Shown piece after piece: positions 28,168-44,392 of a stretch of DNA of 64,000 nucleotides. Under the pieces are notes generated by a model that saw only the letters and a program-made list of their open reading frames with translations, did not search any database and had not been told where the DNA came from. This DNA is from Collodictyon triciliatum. Lineage: Eukaryota. Every line of letters begins with the position of its first letter. The first letter of the stretch is position 1. The stretch lies in assembly GCA_043381765.1 (NCBI GenBank), contig JBHJMP010000595.1, positions 1 to 64,000 on the forward strand, given 5' to 3'. The position numbers were made by a program, and so were the translations under genes.

Positions 28168-29301
28168 ATGCATCTGGCCGCACTCCCATCCATCATCCAC
28201 CTCGCCCGAATGGACCCAAACGCACCGATGCTTCCTTTCTTCGCCATCCCAGAATTCCCTTCGCCGCATCCGCGACAAATCTCCTCGCAACAAATCTCCT
28301 CGCAACAAATCTCCTCGCAACAAATCTCCTCGCGACAAATCTCCTCGCAACTAATCTCCTCGCGACAAATCTCCTCGCAACAAATCTCCACGCAACAAAT
28401 CGCCACCAGCAGCAACTTCCCCGCCGTCCCATCGATTCGCCTGCAGCCGGCCTTCCGACAGAACCCTGCACAGTTTTCCCTTCCTCCGCTTCACGTTCCA
28501 CACGAGCTTCCATTGCCGCAACTGCCCAGTCTCTCCAGCACAGAGTCTCTCCCGGCCGCAACTTCGAGCAGCAGCAAACACTCTGGATGGTCTCCTGGCG
28601 AATCCTCGGCCTCATCACGCACTCTGCAGCATCTCCATTACCCGCCTCACTCGCAAAACAAAGACCACCCACACCAAGCGCAAGCACAACTCCCAAACAC
28701 GCGGCCCATCCCGACCCTGCAGAGTCTGCGCGAATCCGTCCTTGCTCCGCTCTTCGAAGCCGGCGCCAGAGTCGGAGCAGACAAGTCCGGCAGCATCAAT
28801 GACGACAATGAGGATGACAATGGCAGCCAAGAGAAGGACGATGAGGCTGCAGAACCGGCTGATTGTGCTGCTCGCAAGGCAGATTGCAAGAGAATCACGA
28901 TTTCCAAGCGCCCATCACTGATGCGCCGACGCCGCAGCAGACAGAGCGAAAGCACGAAAAGGACGACGCCGTACAACTCGTTTGTCGTGTATATGCTTGC
29001 GCATCGCGATGATCTGCGCAAGGCAGACCCGTTCCTGTCCAACAAGGATCTGACCCGCGTCCTCGCTCGCGAGTGGGCCGCCGTCCCGGCTGCACAGAAG
29101 CTTATCTACCGCAGACTTGCCCGCGACTTGACGCGCCAGCGCGCCGCACTCGAAGTGGCCGATGTGGATGACGATGAAGATAATGATGATGGTGATTTGC
29201 AGACGAAAACAAAGGCCAGGATCAATCACCGCGCTGCTGTGGACGGGCATGCGAAAGGAAAAGAGGCTGCAAAGACATGGACTTCGTCTGCTCGCTCCTG
29301 A
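28168..29301 (+). CDS. HMG-box protein 2 (paralogue of 26009-26833), intronless
   Basis: KRTTPYNSFVVYMLAHRDDLRKADPFLSNKDLTRVLAREWAAVPAAQKLIYRRLA with a P/S/Q-rich N-terminus. Start is ATG 28168 or 28210. Confidence 0.85.
   Translation: MHLAALPSIIHLARMDPNAPMLPFFAIPEFPSPHPRQISSQQISSQQISSQQISSRQISSQLISSRQISSQQISTQQIATSSNFPAVPSIRLQPAFRQNPAQFSLPPLHVPHELPLPQLPSLSSTESLPAATSSSSKHSGWSPGESSASSRTLQHLHYPPHSQNKDHPHQAQAQLPNTRPIPTLQSLRESVLAPLFEAGARVGADKSGSINDDNEDDNGSQEKDDEAAEPADCAARKADCKRITISKRPSLMRRRRSRQSESTKRTTPYNSFVVYMLAHRDDLRKADPFLSNKDLTRVLAREWAAVPAAQKLIYRRLARDLTRQRAALEVADVDDDEDNDDGDLQTKTKARINHRAAVDGHAKGKEAAKTWTSSARS
28276..28400 (+). repeat. Coding 15-bp tandem repeat (CAAATCTCCTCGCAA; QISSQ/QISSR, about 8 units)
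   Basis: Read directly inside HMG gene 2. Confidence 0.92.
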
Positions 29302-29648
29302 CAGAGGATTTTCTTTTCTTGATGCAAGCGAGGTTCGTTCCCTCTTGTGAACGGGTTTAATTTTAATTTGTGCCTTTTTCATCACAGATTCTCCGACAGA
29401 TAAGCTAAAATCTGGTTTTGCCTTTGCCCATACTTTTTTTTTCCCCTCCTCATTCGGTATATTGCAACCGATGCATGTTCGTTAGAAAAAGAAAAGAAAG
29501 AATATATATATATATGAGAGAAGAATTAGAAATAAAAAATAAAGGGAAGATGTTTGCCATTCACTGCAGCGGTATTCACATTGTTGCAAAGTTTGCTGTT
29601 TTGCCGAATGTCACTTGGAGATGAACTGTGGTGGTGTATATCACGATT

Positions 29649-32250
29649 TTACGAAATGAAGATTTTGATGGATTCGGTGATGCGTGCGCGGCACACGGGA
29701 CACACATCCACGCGTCGGCTGCAGTCTTCGCACAGGCATTGATGCCGACATGGAAGAAGCAAAGTGTTTGTTTTTCTGCATGCAATATGTGTTTTTTTAC
29801 GATGATTATTATTATTATCATCATCATTTCCGGACAAGTTACTTCATTCGACCTCAGAATGTAAGCTTTAGAGACTCTAGGATTACCTCTCGTGACATAT
29901 CTTGCACGTTTGCTTCTCTTCCAGCTCCTTCTTTTCTCGCTCTAATGCCTGAATTGTCTTTTGCTCTCCTTGCAGTTGGCGGAGAAGGATTTCTTTCTAA
30001 TGAAACAGAAAGGAGATATGTTTGGGAGAAATGAAGGATTTGAAAGACTATTCTTATTTTTCTTTTTTAAAAAAGAGACGCGCATCTATATTTCTATAAC
30101 ATATCATAACAACGCAGTAGTTTTAGTAGTTTTGTATGATCACTGCACATTATTTGCTCTTTTATTTTTCCAACTCAAGGCTTTTCTTTTCTTTTCTTTC
30201 TTTACTTAAAGTTCTATAAACCTGTGTTGTCTTTAATGCCTCGAAATGAGTAGCTTCCAGTTGCTGTAATACACTTTCATCCAGGCCGTCGAGTCCGTTC
30301 CCCTAGTCGTGGAGATAATTGCTTTATAGTGAATCAAATACCCTTTTGGAGCCGCGCATATTTTCACACAAATAAAAAAACAAAGCATAGAAGTAAAACA
30401 TAAAAGTAAAGTAAAATAGAGTGAGAATATTACACATAGTTGTTGGTACATCTTTTCCATCCTCTCCGTAACTCCTTTATGTTTCATGGATTCACGCATT
30501 TGGTGGTTCAGGCTCTCGTTCACTTGAAATGATATAGATAATGTCAATTCTAATATAGTCGCAGCTTGATATTGATATTATTCCTTTACTATTCCATTTC
30601 AGCATCTTAAATAATCTTATATTATTTTTTTAAACCTATTATTTTTTTTCTGTGAAAAAAAAAGAAGCAAACATGTTTGAAAGCAGCCTTTTTTTTTTTT
30701 GAAGGAAAATAATGATACAAAAAATGTTGAATTACGCGAGGAAATCTTTGCTGTGCTCTCAAGAAGCTGATTCTGGAGCGACGTAACTTTGGACTTTTCT
30801 ACTTGTAAATGTTTCTGAAGCAGAGTTGCTTCATTTGTTAATAAGACGTTTTTCTGAACTTCGAGGTTGTAGGTATCTGTAAATGATTGCGCAGCGTCAA
30901 CTTTCTACAAGTATGGATGCATGGTCAGACTCCGCCCCATAAAAACATATATATATATATGCAGTGTTATGTGGCCTAATAAGCTAAAATAAAAGTACGC
31001 ATGCGATATCGAGATCAAGAACTCTACTGTTTGATAAAGTCAAAATAAAAGCGAAAATAAAAGTAAAAAAAAAAGTGAAAATAAAAATAAAAAAAGAGGA
31101 AAGAGAGGAAAAGCAGGATTTGTTCTCGCCCTTTTAGCCTTGTGAATTTTGTAATTGAACTAATTATTCGTTTCATTCTTACGTACCTTTTGCCAGTTTA
31201 TCTCACAAACGCCGCACACCCAATGTCCTGAATATCCTGCTTGTGCACCAAATCTTTTTCTGCAGTAGAAGCAATCGTGTTGCATTTCACTCTATGTATA
31301 AAAAACAAAGAGGAAAATTATTCACCATCTCTTTATATATATTTATAAAAAAAGGGAAACGGACATTTTTTCCCCAAGAAGAATAGTTTTCGTACAATTA
31401 GTTCGTAAACAACAGCCCGGACTTCTGACTCCAAGCTTTCTTTTGTTGATTCTCTATCTTTTTGTCCTGATGTGCTTTTAAGAGGCTCAGCTGAGGTTGG
31501 ATGGTCTTTGATTGCTTGCCGAGACATATCCCGTATTTTTGCCGAAAATAAACTATGTTCATTCTCGAGTTTCTTCATCTGTGCCACCTCATTTTCCAAC
31601 TTTTGAAGCTGACCTTTTTTTGAATCAAGTTCATCTCCCAAATCCTGATGTTATTTTTTATTTATAAAAATCATAATGAAAACCGCAAAAGTAGATAGCT
31701 AAGATATATATATATATTCCAAGCTATCCATTAAACATAATTGTCAATTACAGCCAGTTTCCCATGATTCATTTTCTCCTGCCTCATGTAATTAGCTTCT
31801 TTGATAGTAAATTCCTTAATGTGGGCTTCAAGGCTCTTTTCTGCCTTAGCTTTGGCTTTCTGCTCAAACTTGATGTCTTGTTCAGCTTGTCTTTGAGCCT
31901 TTTTTATTTGTATCTTTTTTTAAAAATAGGAAAAAAAGTCTCACATAATCATATATCTTTCTTGTCTTGTCTTTTCTTTTCTTTTCTTTCTTTCTTTCTA
32001 TAATCAAGTATAATATTACCACTCGGTGACTTTCTTCAAGCTTCTGATACGCAGTTTCGCCAGCTTTTCGGGCCTCCCTTTCTCTATTGAGTTGTTCCTC
32101 CAATCTGTGCCGCGAAAACTCTAGGTTCATCCGCACTTCCTTTTCTGCTTTCAAATCGTCCAAGGCTCTCAGTAGAGCTGATTCCAGGTTTTTCTGAGAC
32201 TCTTGAGCCTCACGAAGTTCTTCTTCCAAAAGTATGGACGGAGTAAGCTG
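29649..32250 (-). CDS. Coiled-coil protein with internal C4 Zn motif and C-terminal C3HC4 RING (putative E3 ligase); 5' part lost in the gap
   Basis: Spliced C-terminus CKICHER|KTNTLLLPCRHQCLCEDCSRRVDVCPVCRARITESIKIFIS*. Upstream GNGLDGLDESVLQQLE, CFYCRKRF...WVCGVC and coiled-coil exons. Confidence 0.85.
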
Positions 32251-32551
32251 GTTTGTAACATCACATCGCAATACAAAAATTAATTCAAAATGGGGATGTG
32301 CATAACATGGATGCATCGAACATTCTACGAGACGCCATTCACCAGACTTACAAAGATAAAAGCAACAAAATAGTGCAAAAAATAACATAAATAAAAGAAC
32401 TTTCAATTGAATAAAGGAAAAGTATTAACATAAGAAAAAAAGAAAAAAAGAAAAAAAGAAAAAAAGAAAAAAAGAAAAAAAGAAAAAAAGAAAAAAAAGA
32501 AAAAAAGAAAAAAAGAAAAAAAGAAAAGAAAAGAGAAGAAAAGAAAAGAAA

Positions 32552-33334
32552 NNNNNNNNNNNNNNNNNNNNNNNNNNNNNNNNNNNNNNNNNNNNNNNNN
32601 NNNNNNNNNNNNNNNNNNNNNNNNNNNNNNNNNNNNNNNNNNNNNNNNNNNNNNNNNNNNNNNNNNNNNNNNNNNNNNNNNNNNNNNNNNNNNNNNNNNN
32701 NNNNNNNNNNNNNNNNNNNNNNNNNNNNNNNNNNNNNNNNNNNNNNNNNNNNNNNNNNNNNNNNNNNNNNNNNNNNNNNNNNNNNNNNNNNNNNNNNNNN
32801 NNNNNNNNNNNNNNNNNNNNNNNNNNNNNNNNNNNNNNNNNNNNNNNNNNNNNNNNNNNNNNNNNNNNNNNNNNNNNNNNNNNNNNNNNNNNNNNNNNNN
32901 NNNNNNNNNNNNNNNNNNNNNNNNNNNNNNNNNNNNNNNNNNNNNNNNNNNNNNNNNNNNNNNNNNNNNNNNNNNNNNNNNNNNNNNNNNNNNNNNNNNN
33001 NNNNNNNNNNNNNNNNNNNNNNNNNNNNNNNNNNNNNNNNNNNNNNNNNNNNNNNNNNNNNNNNNNNNNNNNNNNNNNNNNNNNNNNNNNNNNNNNNNNN
33101 NNNNNNNNNNNNNNNNNNNNNNNNNNNNNNNNNNNNNNNNNNNNNNNNNNNNNNNNNNNNNNNNNNNNNNNNNNNNNNNNNNNNNNNNNNNNNNNNNNNN
33201 NNNNNNNNNNNNNNNNNNNNNNNNNNNNNNNNNNNNNNNNNNNNNNNNNNNNNNNNNNNNNNNNNNNNNNNNNNNNNNNNNNNNNNNNNNNNNNNNNNNN
33301 NNNNNNNNNNNNNNNNNNNNNNNNNNNNNNNNNN
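32552..33334. other. Assembly gap (783 N) flanked by A-rich repeats
   Basis: Run of N. Confidence 0.99.
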
Positions 33335-33409
<75 letters not shown>

Positions 33410-33490
33410 AAAAAAAAACAAAAAAAAACAAAATAAAAAGAGGAAAATAAAAAAGGAAAAATATTTTTGGGCACATATTTATTTCTTTAC

Positions 33491-35233
33491 CTGACTAAAA
33501 GTGTTGATCTGTGTAAGCTTTGGAGCAACAAGTTCAAAATAATGTGATAGCGTAGAGTATTCCATGTGAACATTGTACTCAGATTTTGAGTTTATGTAGG
33601 AAATTAACTTGTCCATATTCGAGAACATAATCGTGGAATCCTAAAATTAAGAGTTTAAGTATTAGGGAGATTTTAAAGGAAAAAACATGTATTGAATGAC
33701 TGTTTCATGTTAACATATTTTTTTTAACCTGAAAGCTAAAGTCACTCCCGAAAGGAAACAATAGATCATTCGTCAAAAAGAAAGAATTCCTGTGCTTGAA
33801 CTCTTGCACAAGGCTTTCAGCAATAAAGCGAATGTTGCTGTCATCCACAGGTGGGTCTCCGTCCTCCCATCTTATTCCGCTCGGCTTTAGTATCACATAT
33901 AAGGGGCGAATTTAATTTACAGAAAAATTGCTATGTAGAAAAGAACGATAAGTTTTGGAAATATTTTTATATATTTGAAACAGTCATAAAAGTATCGAGG
34001 GAAAATCAGCGTCATACCATCCAGTACCAATTATCTAATGTGTGAGATAATATATCTGCACCTCTTCCAATCCTATCGGACCCTCTCCACTTGAACTGAA
34101 GGTCCTTTAAGATACGAATAACATGTTAGATGACATCACAAAGATTTCTGCTGGAGTTGGGCTGATGCCAAACACTTATCAAAGTTGATTTGGTCAAAAG
34201 GCAACTGTACGGTATGATAGGTTGAACCTTTGTTTGCTTCCTGGAATCCTTAATTTTGAGGGGAATACGGTCATTAACAAAAGCATGGTAACCAGACAGC
34301 TTAAGTATTGTTGCTGTTGATTTTCCGTGTCCAAAAGGGTCAATCTGCCACCCTATCCTTGGTTTTACGCCAAGGCGACTAGAAATGTATTCATGTCCGA
34401 GAGTAAGTTGATTGATCTGGCTGTCCAGGAGAGACGAGGCTTCGTCCATCATAACCCTATGAAATATTTGTAGATTTATACCACAAGAAAACGCCCCGCA
34501 TATCACTGATGACGAATCCCTTTTTAATGACACAAGGAAATATTGAATAGAAAGGGAACCATCCTCCATTCACGATGTCAAGTCTCCCATCTCTGACCAA
34601 CAACGTAACATTTTCTCTCTGTAGCTCTGATAGATTCTCATACCACATGGAAAAGAATGATATTTCTGACCAAATAAACCTGAATGAATGACAAAGGCCG
34701 ATTTCAGGAGGAATATTGAGCCTCTTGAGTGCTGATAGCGGTCTTACCTCTTCGTTGGATCGATTGACAACTCTCTCAAGATGTTATTCAGTATATGGTG
34801 GACCTGTAGTCATGACATCCGAGCGATATACATGAATCAATTATTATTATTATTATTTTTTTAAAAAAAAATAACCCATCACGAAATGATGGAAGAAAGG
34901 CTTGTGCATGAAATCTTTAATAGACTTTGTCACCAATAGCACAACGCGCTATTATGTTTTCAACAGAAGCCTGCCACAGAAAAAAAAAAAGTTCAAGGCG
35001 ACGTGGAGGGTTACCCAAACCTTCTGCTCAAAGTACTCGTTGTACGTCAGTTTCCATCCAGCATCGCAGTGAGAGTGGGGGACGATATGGACCATAGTGG
35101 GCTGTGTTTCTGAAGATGTCTGACCCGCGCCAAGGGCAGCCGCACCCGGGGTGTTGATCCAAACGGCAAGGACAAGGAGAGCACCCGCCCACGCTGCTTG
35201 GACAGCGCCTCTGCAGTCGCGCGGCAGCCTCAT
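33491..35233 (-). CDS. GH38 (class II, lysosomal-type) alpha-mannosidase, N-terminal part only
   Basis: Signal peptide, Zn-binding VHIVPHSHCDAGW, GRLDIVNGGW|VMMDEA, catalytic GWQIDPFGH, LLFPFGSDF. The 3' part is missing at the gap. Confidence 0.93.
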
Positions 35234-35763
35234 CCTTTCCAGGCGCTAATAGAGGCACGGTTTGTCGCAGGTGGGAGAAGGGTGGGTGGGAAGCACTTCG
35301 GGCTGCGCCTGGCTGGTTGCTCACGCTGCTGCCCCGCTCCCGTGTCTCCAGCCCGCCTCGAACAGCAGATCGCTTGGGGTCTGCCGCTTGGGAGCTGCGC
35401 TTATCCTCATCTGGATTTTATATTTTTTGAATTTTGGTTCTCTGAACGCTGCGCTGTCCGAAAAGAGATGAAACCGAGACAAATAATTTCCAAGAAAAGA
35501 TTCATCCATCTGATCTTCCGTCAAAGTGGTTGGATATGTACAAACATCTCTGTTTCGCTTGCCACTCGGAAAAAAGCACGAAGGTATAACGCGTTTGGGT
35601 TGCGCAATGAGAATCAGCATCGGGATTGGCGCCGCCGCAGAGAATCGCAAAACCGCAGCGGCCTGATCCGCACGGGGCGCACCACCCAGTGGAACGAGAG
35701 GCTGGAGCCTGACTTTCTGCTCCCCTGCAGCAGCAAAACACGAGTTCCCAGCCATCCCCTGCC

Positions 35764-35830
35764 ATGAGCGGAGGACCCGACCCGGTGTCCTATGCGTACA
35801 AGAAAAGCGACGTCCAGCAATTTGCTCGAG
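35764..35830 (+). CDS. Possible first exon of a small hypothetical gene (MSGGPDPVSYAYKKSDVQQFAR|); remainder interrupted by the gap
   Basis: ATG in GCCATG context, GC-rich codons and a GTATGC donor. A possible last exon lies at 36612-36652. No homology recognised. Confidence 0.3.
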
Positions 35831-36157
35831 GTATGCCGCCTTCTTGCTTGCTGCCCCGCCCACGCCTCGGGCCACCGAGAGGCACCAGACAAACACGGCT
35901 GGCGTGTGGTTTTCCAGACAGCTCCCCAGCGCGTGTTTCGATCATGAGCGGGTCTTTCTTGTGATCAAACCGACGTTGCCACCACCGGCCCACTGAAACC
36001 TGACCCAACCCCTTTCTAGGCGTGAGGGACGAGAGATCGGCTCCTGCCACGCCCGCCGTCGGAGGTATGTTGCGGGGCCACCCTATCTGTCCTTGCAATT
36101 CGCCCTCTCTTTCGAACGAGGGCGGTGCTGGCTTGTCTCGATGTCCCATTCGGCTTC

Positions 36158-36275
36158 ATACATACATACATACATACATACATACATACATACATACATA
36201 CATACATACATACATACATACATACATACATACATACATACATACATACATACATACATACATACATACATACAT
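36158..36275. repeat. (CATA)n microsatellite running into the gap
   Basis: Read directly. Confidence 0.95.
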
Positions 36276-36375
36276 NNNNNNNNNNNNNNNNNNNNNNNNN
36301 NNNNNNNNNNNNNNNNNNNNNNNNNNNNNNNNNNNNNNNNNNNNNNNNNNNNNNNNNNNNNNNNNNNNNNNNNNN
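36276..36375. other. Assembly gap (100 N)
   Basis: Run of N. Confidence 0.99.
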
Positions 36376-36520
36376 GAAAAAAAAGAAAAAAAAGAAAAAA
36401 AAGAAAAAAAAGAAAAAAAGAAAAAAAGAAAAAAAGAAAAAAAGAAAAAAAGAAAAAAAGAAAAAAAGAAAAAAAAGAAAAGAAGAAAAAAAAACGCAGC
36501 AGCGAAATCTTGTACACATA

Positions 36521-36553
<33 letters not shown>

Positions 36554-36820
36554 AAATAGAGTTAGTTATTGACCTCTATGGGCTCGATGTTTGGTTGGTC
36601 AAGAGGAATAGATGAAGGTACAAGCTCTGGGCTCTGGTACTGCGTTATTTAATGAATGAAAGGGTGGAATAATAATTCAATCTTATGAGTAACATCATAA
36701 TTTACTTCTGCCTTCCTTAAACGAAAAACGAAACAAAAGAGACAGTAATATGGAAATGAGTATATGCTTATTTTAACGATTATTATTATCATTATCATTA
36801 TTATCATTATTTCAAAACGA

Positions 36821-38062
36821 TCATACATGAGAATCAGAGAGACGTGATTCACTATGAAGACGCCCTTCATGTCTCCTTTGCAACAGGTCTCGAACGAATT
36901 CTGATGGAATATAAAGTCGTCACAATAAAAAAGAATCAAAGAAAAAAGAAGAGAGTGAGAGAGAAGGGTACATAATTGACTTTATGAAACGAACGCAAAA
37001 TATGCACATATTTTACCTTGGTACTCTTTCTTTGCCCTTCTCGCACCAACCATCACAGATATGACGGTAATCACCAACACAATTGTCATAACTGAGTACA
37101 TAAATGTGTGTGAAGCTTTGACGTACATCTCTGAAGGGATAGTCAAGTAAGCCACGCCAGCGAATGCAATCCCTCCAAAAACAATTGGGAGGAGCCATCG
37201 AGCCTTCCCATATATCATCAGAAGGTAGTATCTAGATGATTGTGAATAAATATGAAAATTGTAGCTGCCAAGGTTTATAAACAGTGAGTTAAAGAAGGAT
37301 GAAGAGAAAGAATGAGATGTGATTTAGATAAAGCTCACCCGAAGCCAACACAATGAGCGGCAAGAGGAAGCCATTCAGCAGGTATTGCAAGCCATCCACC
37401 GACGGAAAATAGAGCCCAAACTGTGAAAGCCTATCATTCAAAAGATATTATTCCGCTTAGTGGACTGTAAAGCCACAAATGAATAGTTAAGGTAATCACC
37501 ATATCATAAAAACCAACGATGCCATTAATGGTGAAATAATAAAGAGAATTAAGAGAATTAAGAGAATAAGAGAAAAAGGAGAAAAAAGAGAATAAAGAGA
37601 ATTAAGAGAATTAAGAGAATTAAGAGAATTAAGAGAATTAAGAGAATAAGAGAATTAAGAGAATTAAGAGAATTAAGAGAATAAAGAGAATTAAGAGAAT
37701 AAAGAGAATTAAGAGAATTAAGAGAATTAAGAGAATTAAGAGAATTAAGAGAATAAAGAGAATTAAGAGAATTAAGAGAATAAAGAGAATTAAGAGAATT
37801 AAGAGAATAAAGAGAATTAAGAGAATTAAGAGAATAAAGAGAATAAAGAGAGTAACAATAAAAGTAACAGAAGAAAAAAGAACAGAAAATGAAAAACGTA
37901 CGACGTGCTAATGATCCAGAATGTAAAACTCACTTTAAGGATCGCCTTCTTGGAGTAGGGCTGCTTCAAAGCAGGAGGCTTACTCTGCTTTCTCGGAGGC
38001 GTTTGCGGAAGCGAAGCCAACTCAGCCTTCTGCGCAGTACCCTTCTGCTGATCCTTATTCAT
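36821..38062 (-). CDS. Small multi-pass membrane protein of unknown function, 4 exons
   Basis: MNKDQQKG...KAILK|AFTVWALFSVGGWLAIPAEWLPLAAHCVGFG|YYLLMIYGKARWLLPIVFGG...RRAKKEYQ|EFVRDLLQRR...SHV*. Intron phases are consistent and about 4 hydrophobic segments are present. Confidence 0.7.
37541..37850. repeat. (AAGAGAATT)n intronic 9-mer minisatellite
   Basis: Read directly; variant unit AAGAGAATA. Confidence 0.95.
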
Positions 38063-38420
38063 GACGCAGTCTTTTGCCCAGTGGAAAGAAGCGCGTCTGC
38101 AGATTAGAAGCCGTGAGAAGCAGGCCGAGAGTCGGTGGGAAGTGGGTTTGTCGCAGGCTGAGATCCGTCAGAAAAGGGCGGACGAGGCGTTTCAGCGGCG
38201 GAATCATACCAAAACCATCTGCTGCGGGTGTTGAGGGCGGAAGGCGCAAAAGGCAGGCGGATGGAAACTCACACGCCGATTGCCGTTGTGGGTGTGACTG
38301 TGATACAAATGAGTGGGTGGTTATGATTTGACTTTCGAGAGATGATTTTGATTCGTAAAAAAGATGGAAAATAGGTTTTAGCATCAGTATTTTCATCATA
38401 AATTTTCGGGGTGGAACACG

Positions 38421-38536
<116 letters not shown>

Positions 38537-39159
38537 AGTCCATCATGTTCGTTTTCGACTATCTATTGTTTCTTATTCAAAAGAACCGATAGAGTGAAAT
38601 CCCTGGTGACCTGACCCATGCAACATATCCAGAAACTCTACAAATCCATACCCCTGTTTTATTTGTCAACAAAATCTTTCAACTTTAACTTTTACTTAAT
38701 CGGCAGCTAAGCAATATAGAACCTTTTATTGACTTGGATTACATAATTGCGATTTGCCATGACTTTCGAATGCGCGTTCGCCAATTTGCATGCACGTAAA
38801 ATAAAAGCATTAGTCTAAGCTCAACTTGTAAGAAGACCTCTTCCTTGCCCTCTCTTCACTTGAATCGAATAAAGGGGGAAAATGACCTCTTCCTTGTGGA
38901 GCAGATGTTCAAATAACGATGAGTCTTCACCTTATATAAAAGTAAGGTCAAAATGCGCAACTTCAATATTTTAATGCAAAAGAGCGTCCAGACGTAAAGT
39001 GTGAGAGCTTTGTATGGAACCAACACTCAGCATAGCACTTGAAGAATTACAAAGCGTTTATACACCTCGAATTTAAATGAGTGCATACTTCATTTCATTT
39101 TATAAAATGGGGTTGACTTTGCTTGGCATAGAAAGGCAGGAGTCTAAACTGCATATAAA

Positions 39160-39650
39160 GGATAAAAGATAAAAGATAAAAGATAAAAGATAAAAGATAA
39201 AAGATAAAAGATAAAAGATAAAAGATAAAAGATAAAAGATAAAAGATAAAAGATAAAAGATAAAAGATAAAAGATAAAAGATAAAAGATAAAAGATAAAA
39301 GATAAAAGATAAAAGATAAAAGATAAAAGATAAAAGATAAAAGATAAAAGATAAAAGATAAAAGATAAAAGATAAAAGATAAAAGATAAAAGATAAAAGA
39401 TAAAAGATAAAAGATAAAAGATAAAAGATAAAAGATAAAAGATAAAAGATAAAAGATAAAAGATAAAAGATAAAAGATAAAAGATAAAAGATAAAAGATA
39501 AAAGATAAAAGATAAAAGACAAAGATAAAAGATAAAAGATAAAAGATAAAAGATAAAAGATAAAAGATAAAAGATAAAAGACAAAAGACAAAAGACAAAA
39601 GACAAAAGACAAAAGACAAAAGACAAAAGACAAAAGACAAAAGACAAAAG
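39160..39650. repeat. (GATAAAA)n switching to (GACAAAA)n heptamer array, intergenic
   Basis: About 490 bp read directly. Confidence 0.95.
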
Positions 39651-39979
39651 AAATGTGAGACATGAGTGATTGAAATGCCAATAAATAAAATATTTGAGAC
39701 ACATAAGTACGAGCCGCAACAAGCGAACGCAGGAGAGGAGATGAGAAAATTGCACTTCTTTTAGCCGCGTAAAATTCCCCAAGGAGGAGGCAATAAACGA
39801 AGATGACCGAAAGGCTAGTAGCGCCAGCTTTTCTGATACCAGAACTCGGAGATTTCACCTCTGATGAATATTATAACGTGTTCTGGAGCACTTGGCGTTT
39901 TCAAAAGATGCGCTAACATACACCCTCGAGCAAAAGACAGAACGCCACGGTTCACAGCACAGACGGAGCTGAACAAGGG

Positions 39980-42863
<2,884 letters not shown>

Positions 42864-43080
42864 AGCACCGTTGGAAAAACAAAATGAATCAACAATCAAG
42901 ACTCGATAAAATACACCCAGCTCTCAACAAACACCTTGAGACCAAAGCACGCCTGCATTTGTTTATATGTGTATATTTCTGATAGGGATAGTCGACACTC
43001 TTTATTGCCTTTTTTTTTCTTCCTCCTCCTTCGAACGATATAAAGCTTCGTGTCGAGCCTCGGTCTGCAATGAACTTGAA

Positions 43081-44345
43081 TCAAGATGATGAAGCAGCAG
43101 CGGCCGGTGCGCCCATGTCTTGCATTTCACCAGACGAGAACACCTCAACAGCAGGCGCAGCACTAGTGATATCCGAGATGTATGTATTTGAGTGTTGCCG
43201 ACATTATCCTTGAGTAAATTATACCAAGTATAAACATGCTTGCGCTTTCTTGTGCCATAAAAAAGAAAAAAGCGAGATAATTGAAAGACTGTACGGTAAA
43301 ATTATCGTTTGCTTTTTCTGTCTCTTAATTTTGAAATGAAGTTATCTTATCGGAGATATTATTGTGACACACCTTGGGCTGGAGTGGATGGCAGTCTTTT
43401 CAGCGTGTCGGACCATCCCTCGTGCGACAGTCTGGACGGAAATGTTTTGGTAGTTCTTTGGAATCATGAACGACAGTGCATCCACAAAACTGAGTGAGAT
43501 GCGCTCAAGCGCACGCGAGTGTTCTCGACTGGCCTCTGCATTTATATTCGCAGGCTTGAAAATTAAGCAATATAAAAGAATTTGTATATAAATCTTTTCA
43601 TGACTTCTTCATAAAGCGTGGTTATACCTCCGAGACCTGCGGGCTTGTAAATGCTCAGAAGTGGAAGTCCGATTTTCTTCAACTCTTCCTCGGCCTCTCC
43701 TTTTGTCTGGGGGTACAGGAACATCGCATTTGCGTCTGCGTTGATCGCGGAGACAAGCGAAAAATGTCTGTGAAATGATTTGTGCACAGCGGTAGGTATC
43801 GAAATCATTAATAATATACTGAAAGTGCTACATACATATATACATATATATTGCGCAAACCTAATCTTCTTTTCTTGAGAAATCTTTCCTGCATTGACAA
43901 CATAGTCCAAATCCACTTTGCGGAATGCTTCTGCAGAGCCCGCTTGTGCGCGTGTGGTTCCTTTATATTTTTTTTTTCGTCCACGATGAAATACTATGTA
44001 GCATAGAGCCCGAGCAATGGATCCGTAGTATAGTATGCGGTTAAATACAATAAAAAATAGCAAAATATAAGCATCTCACATACCTAAGCAGCAGAATGCG
44101 GTGTCAAAATCGGCAAAGTTGTCGGCAATATCAGAAAGCTTGTCATAATCTCCAATAACCTACAAAATATGATATAAAATCATGGTATAGTGAAAATGTC
44201 AATTGTCCAAGAAGTCCTGGTTCATATAGCAAGTTCTAGAGAAAGTCGAACCTGGGTCAGCTTTGGGTGGACTGTTTTACCATCGCTTAAGAAATAAATA
44301 TCCAAGTAAATAACTTTAAATTGAATAAAGGGGGAAATCCCCAAA

Positions 44346-44392
<47 letters not shown>

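Noticed and set aside
32348..33476. About 350-aa ORFs spanning N-runs (also 5149-5418 and 36016-36615)
   Set aside because: Artefacts of gaps and flanking poly-A/T.
35198..35896. 189-191 aa overlapping ORFs upstream of the mannosidase
   Set aside because: GC-rich divergent promoter region with non-ATG starts and no recognisable protein features.
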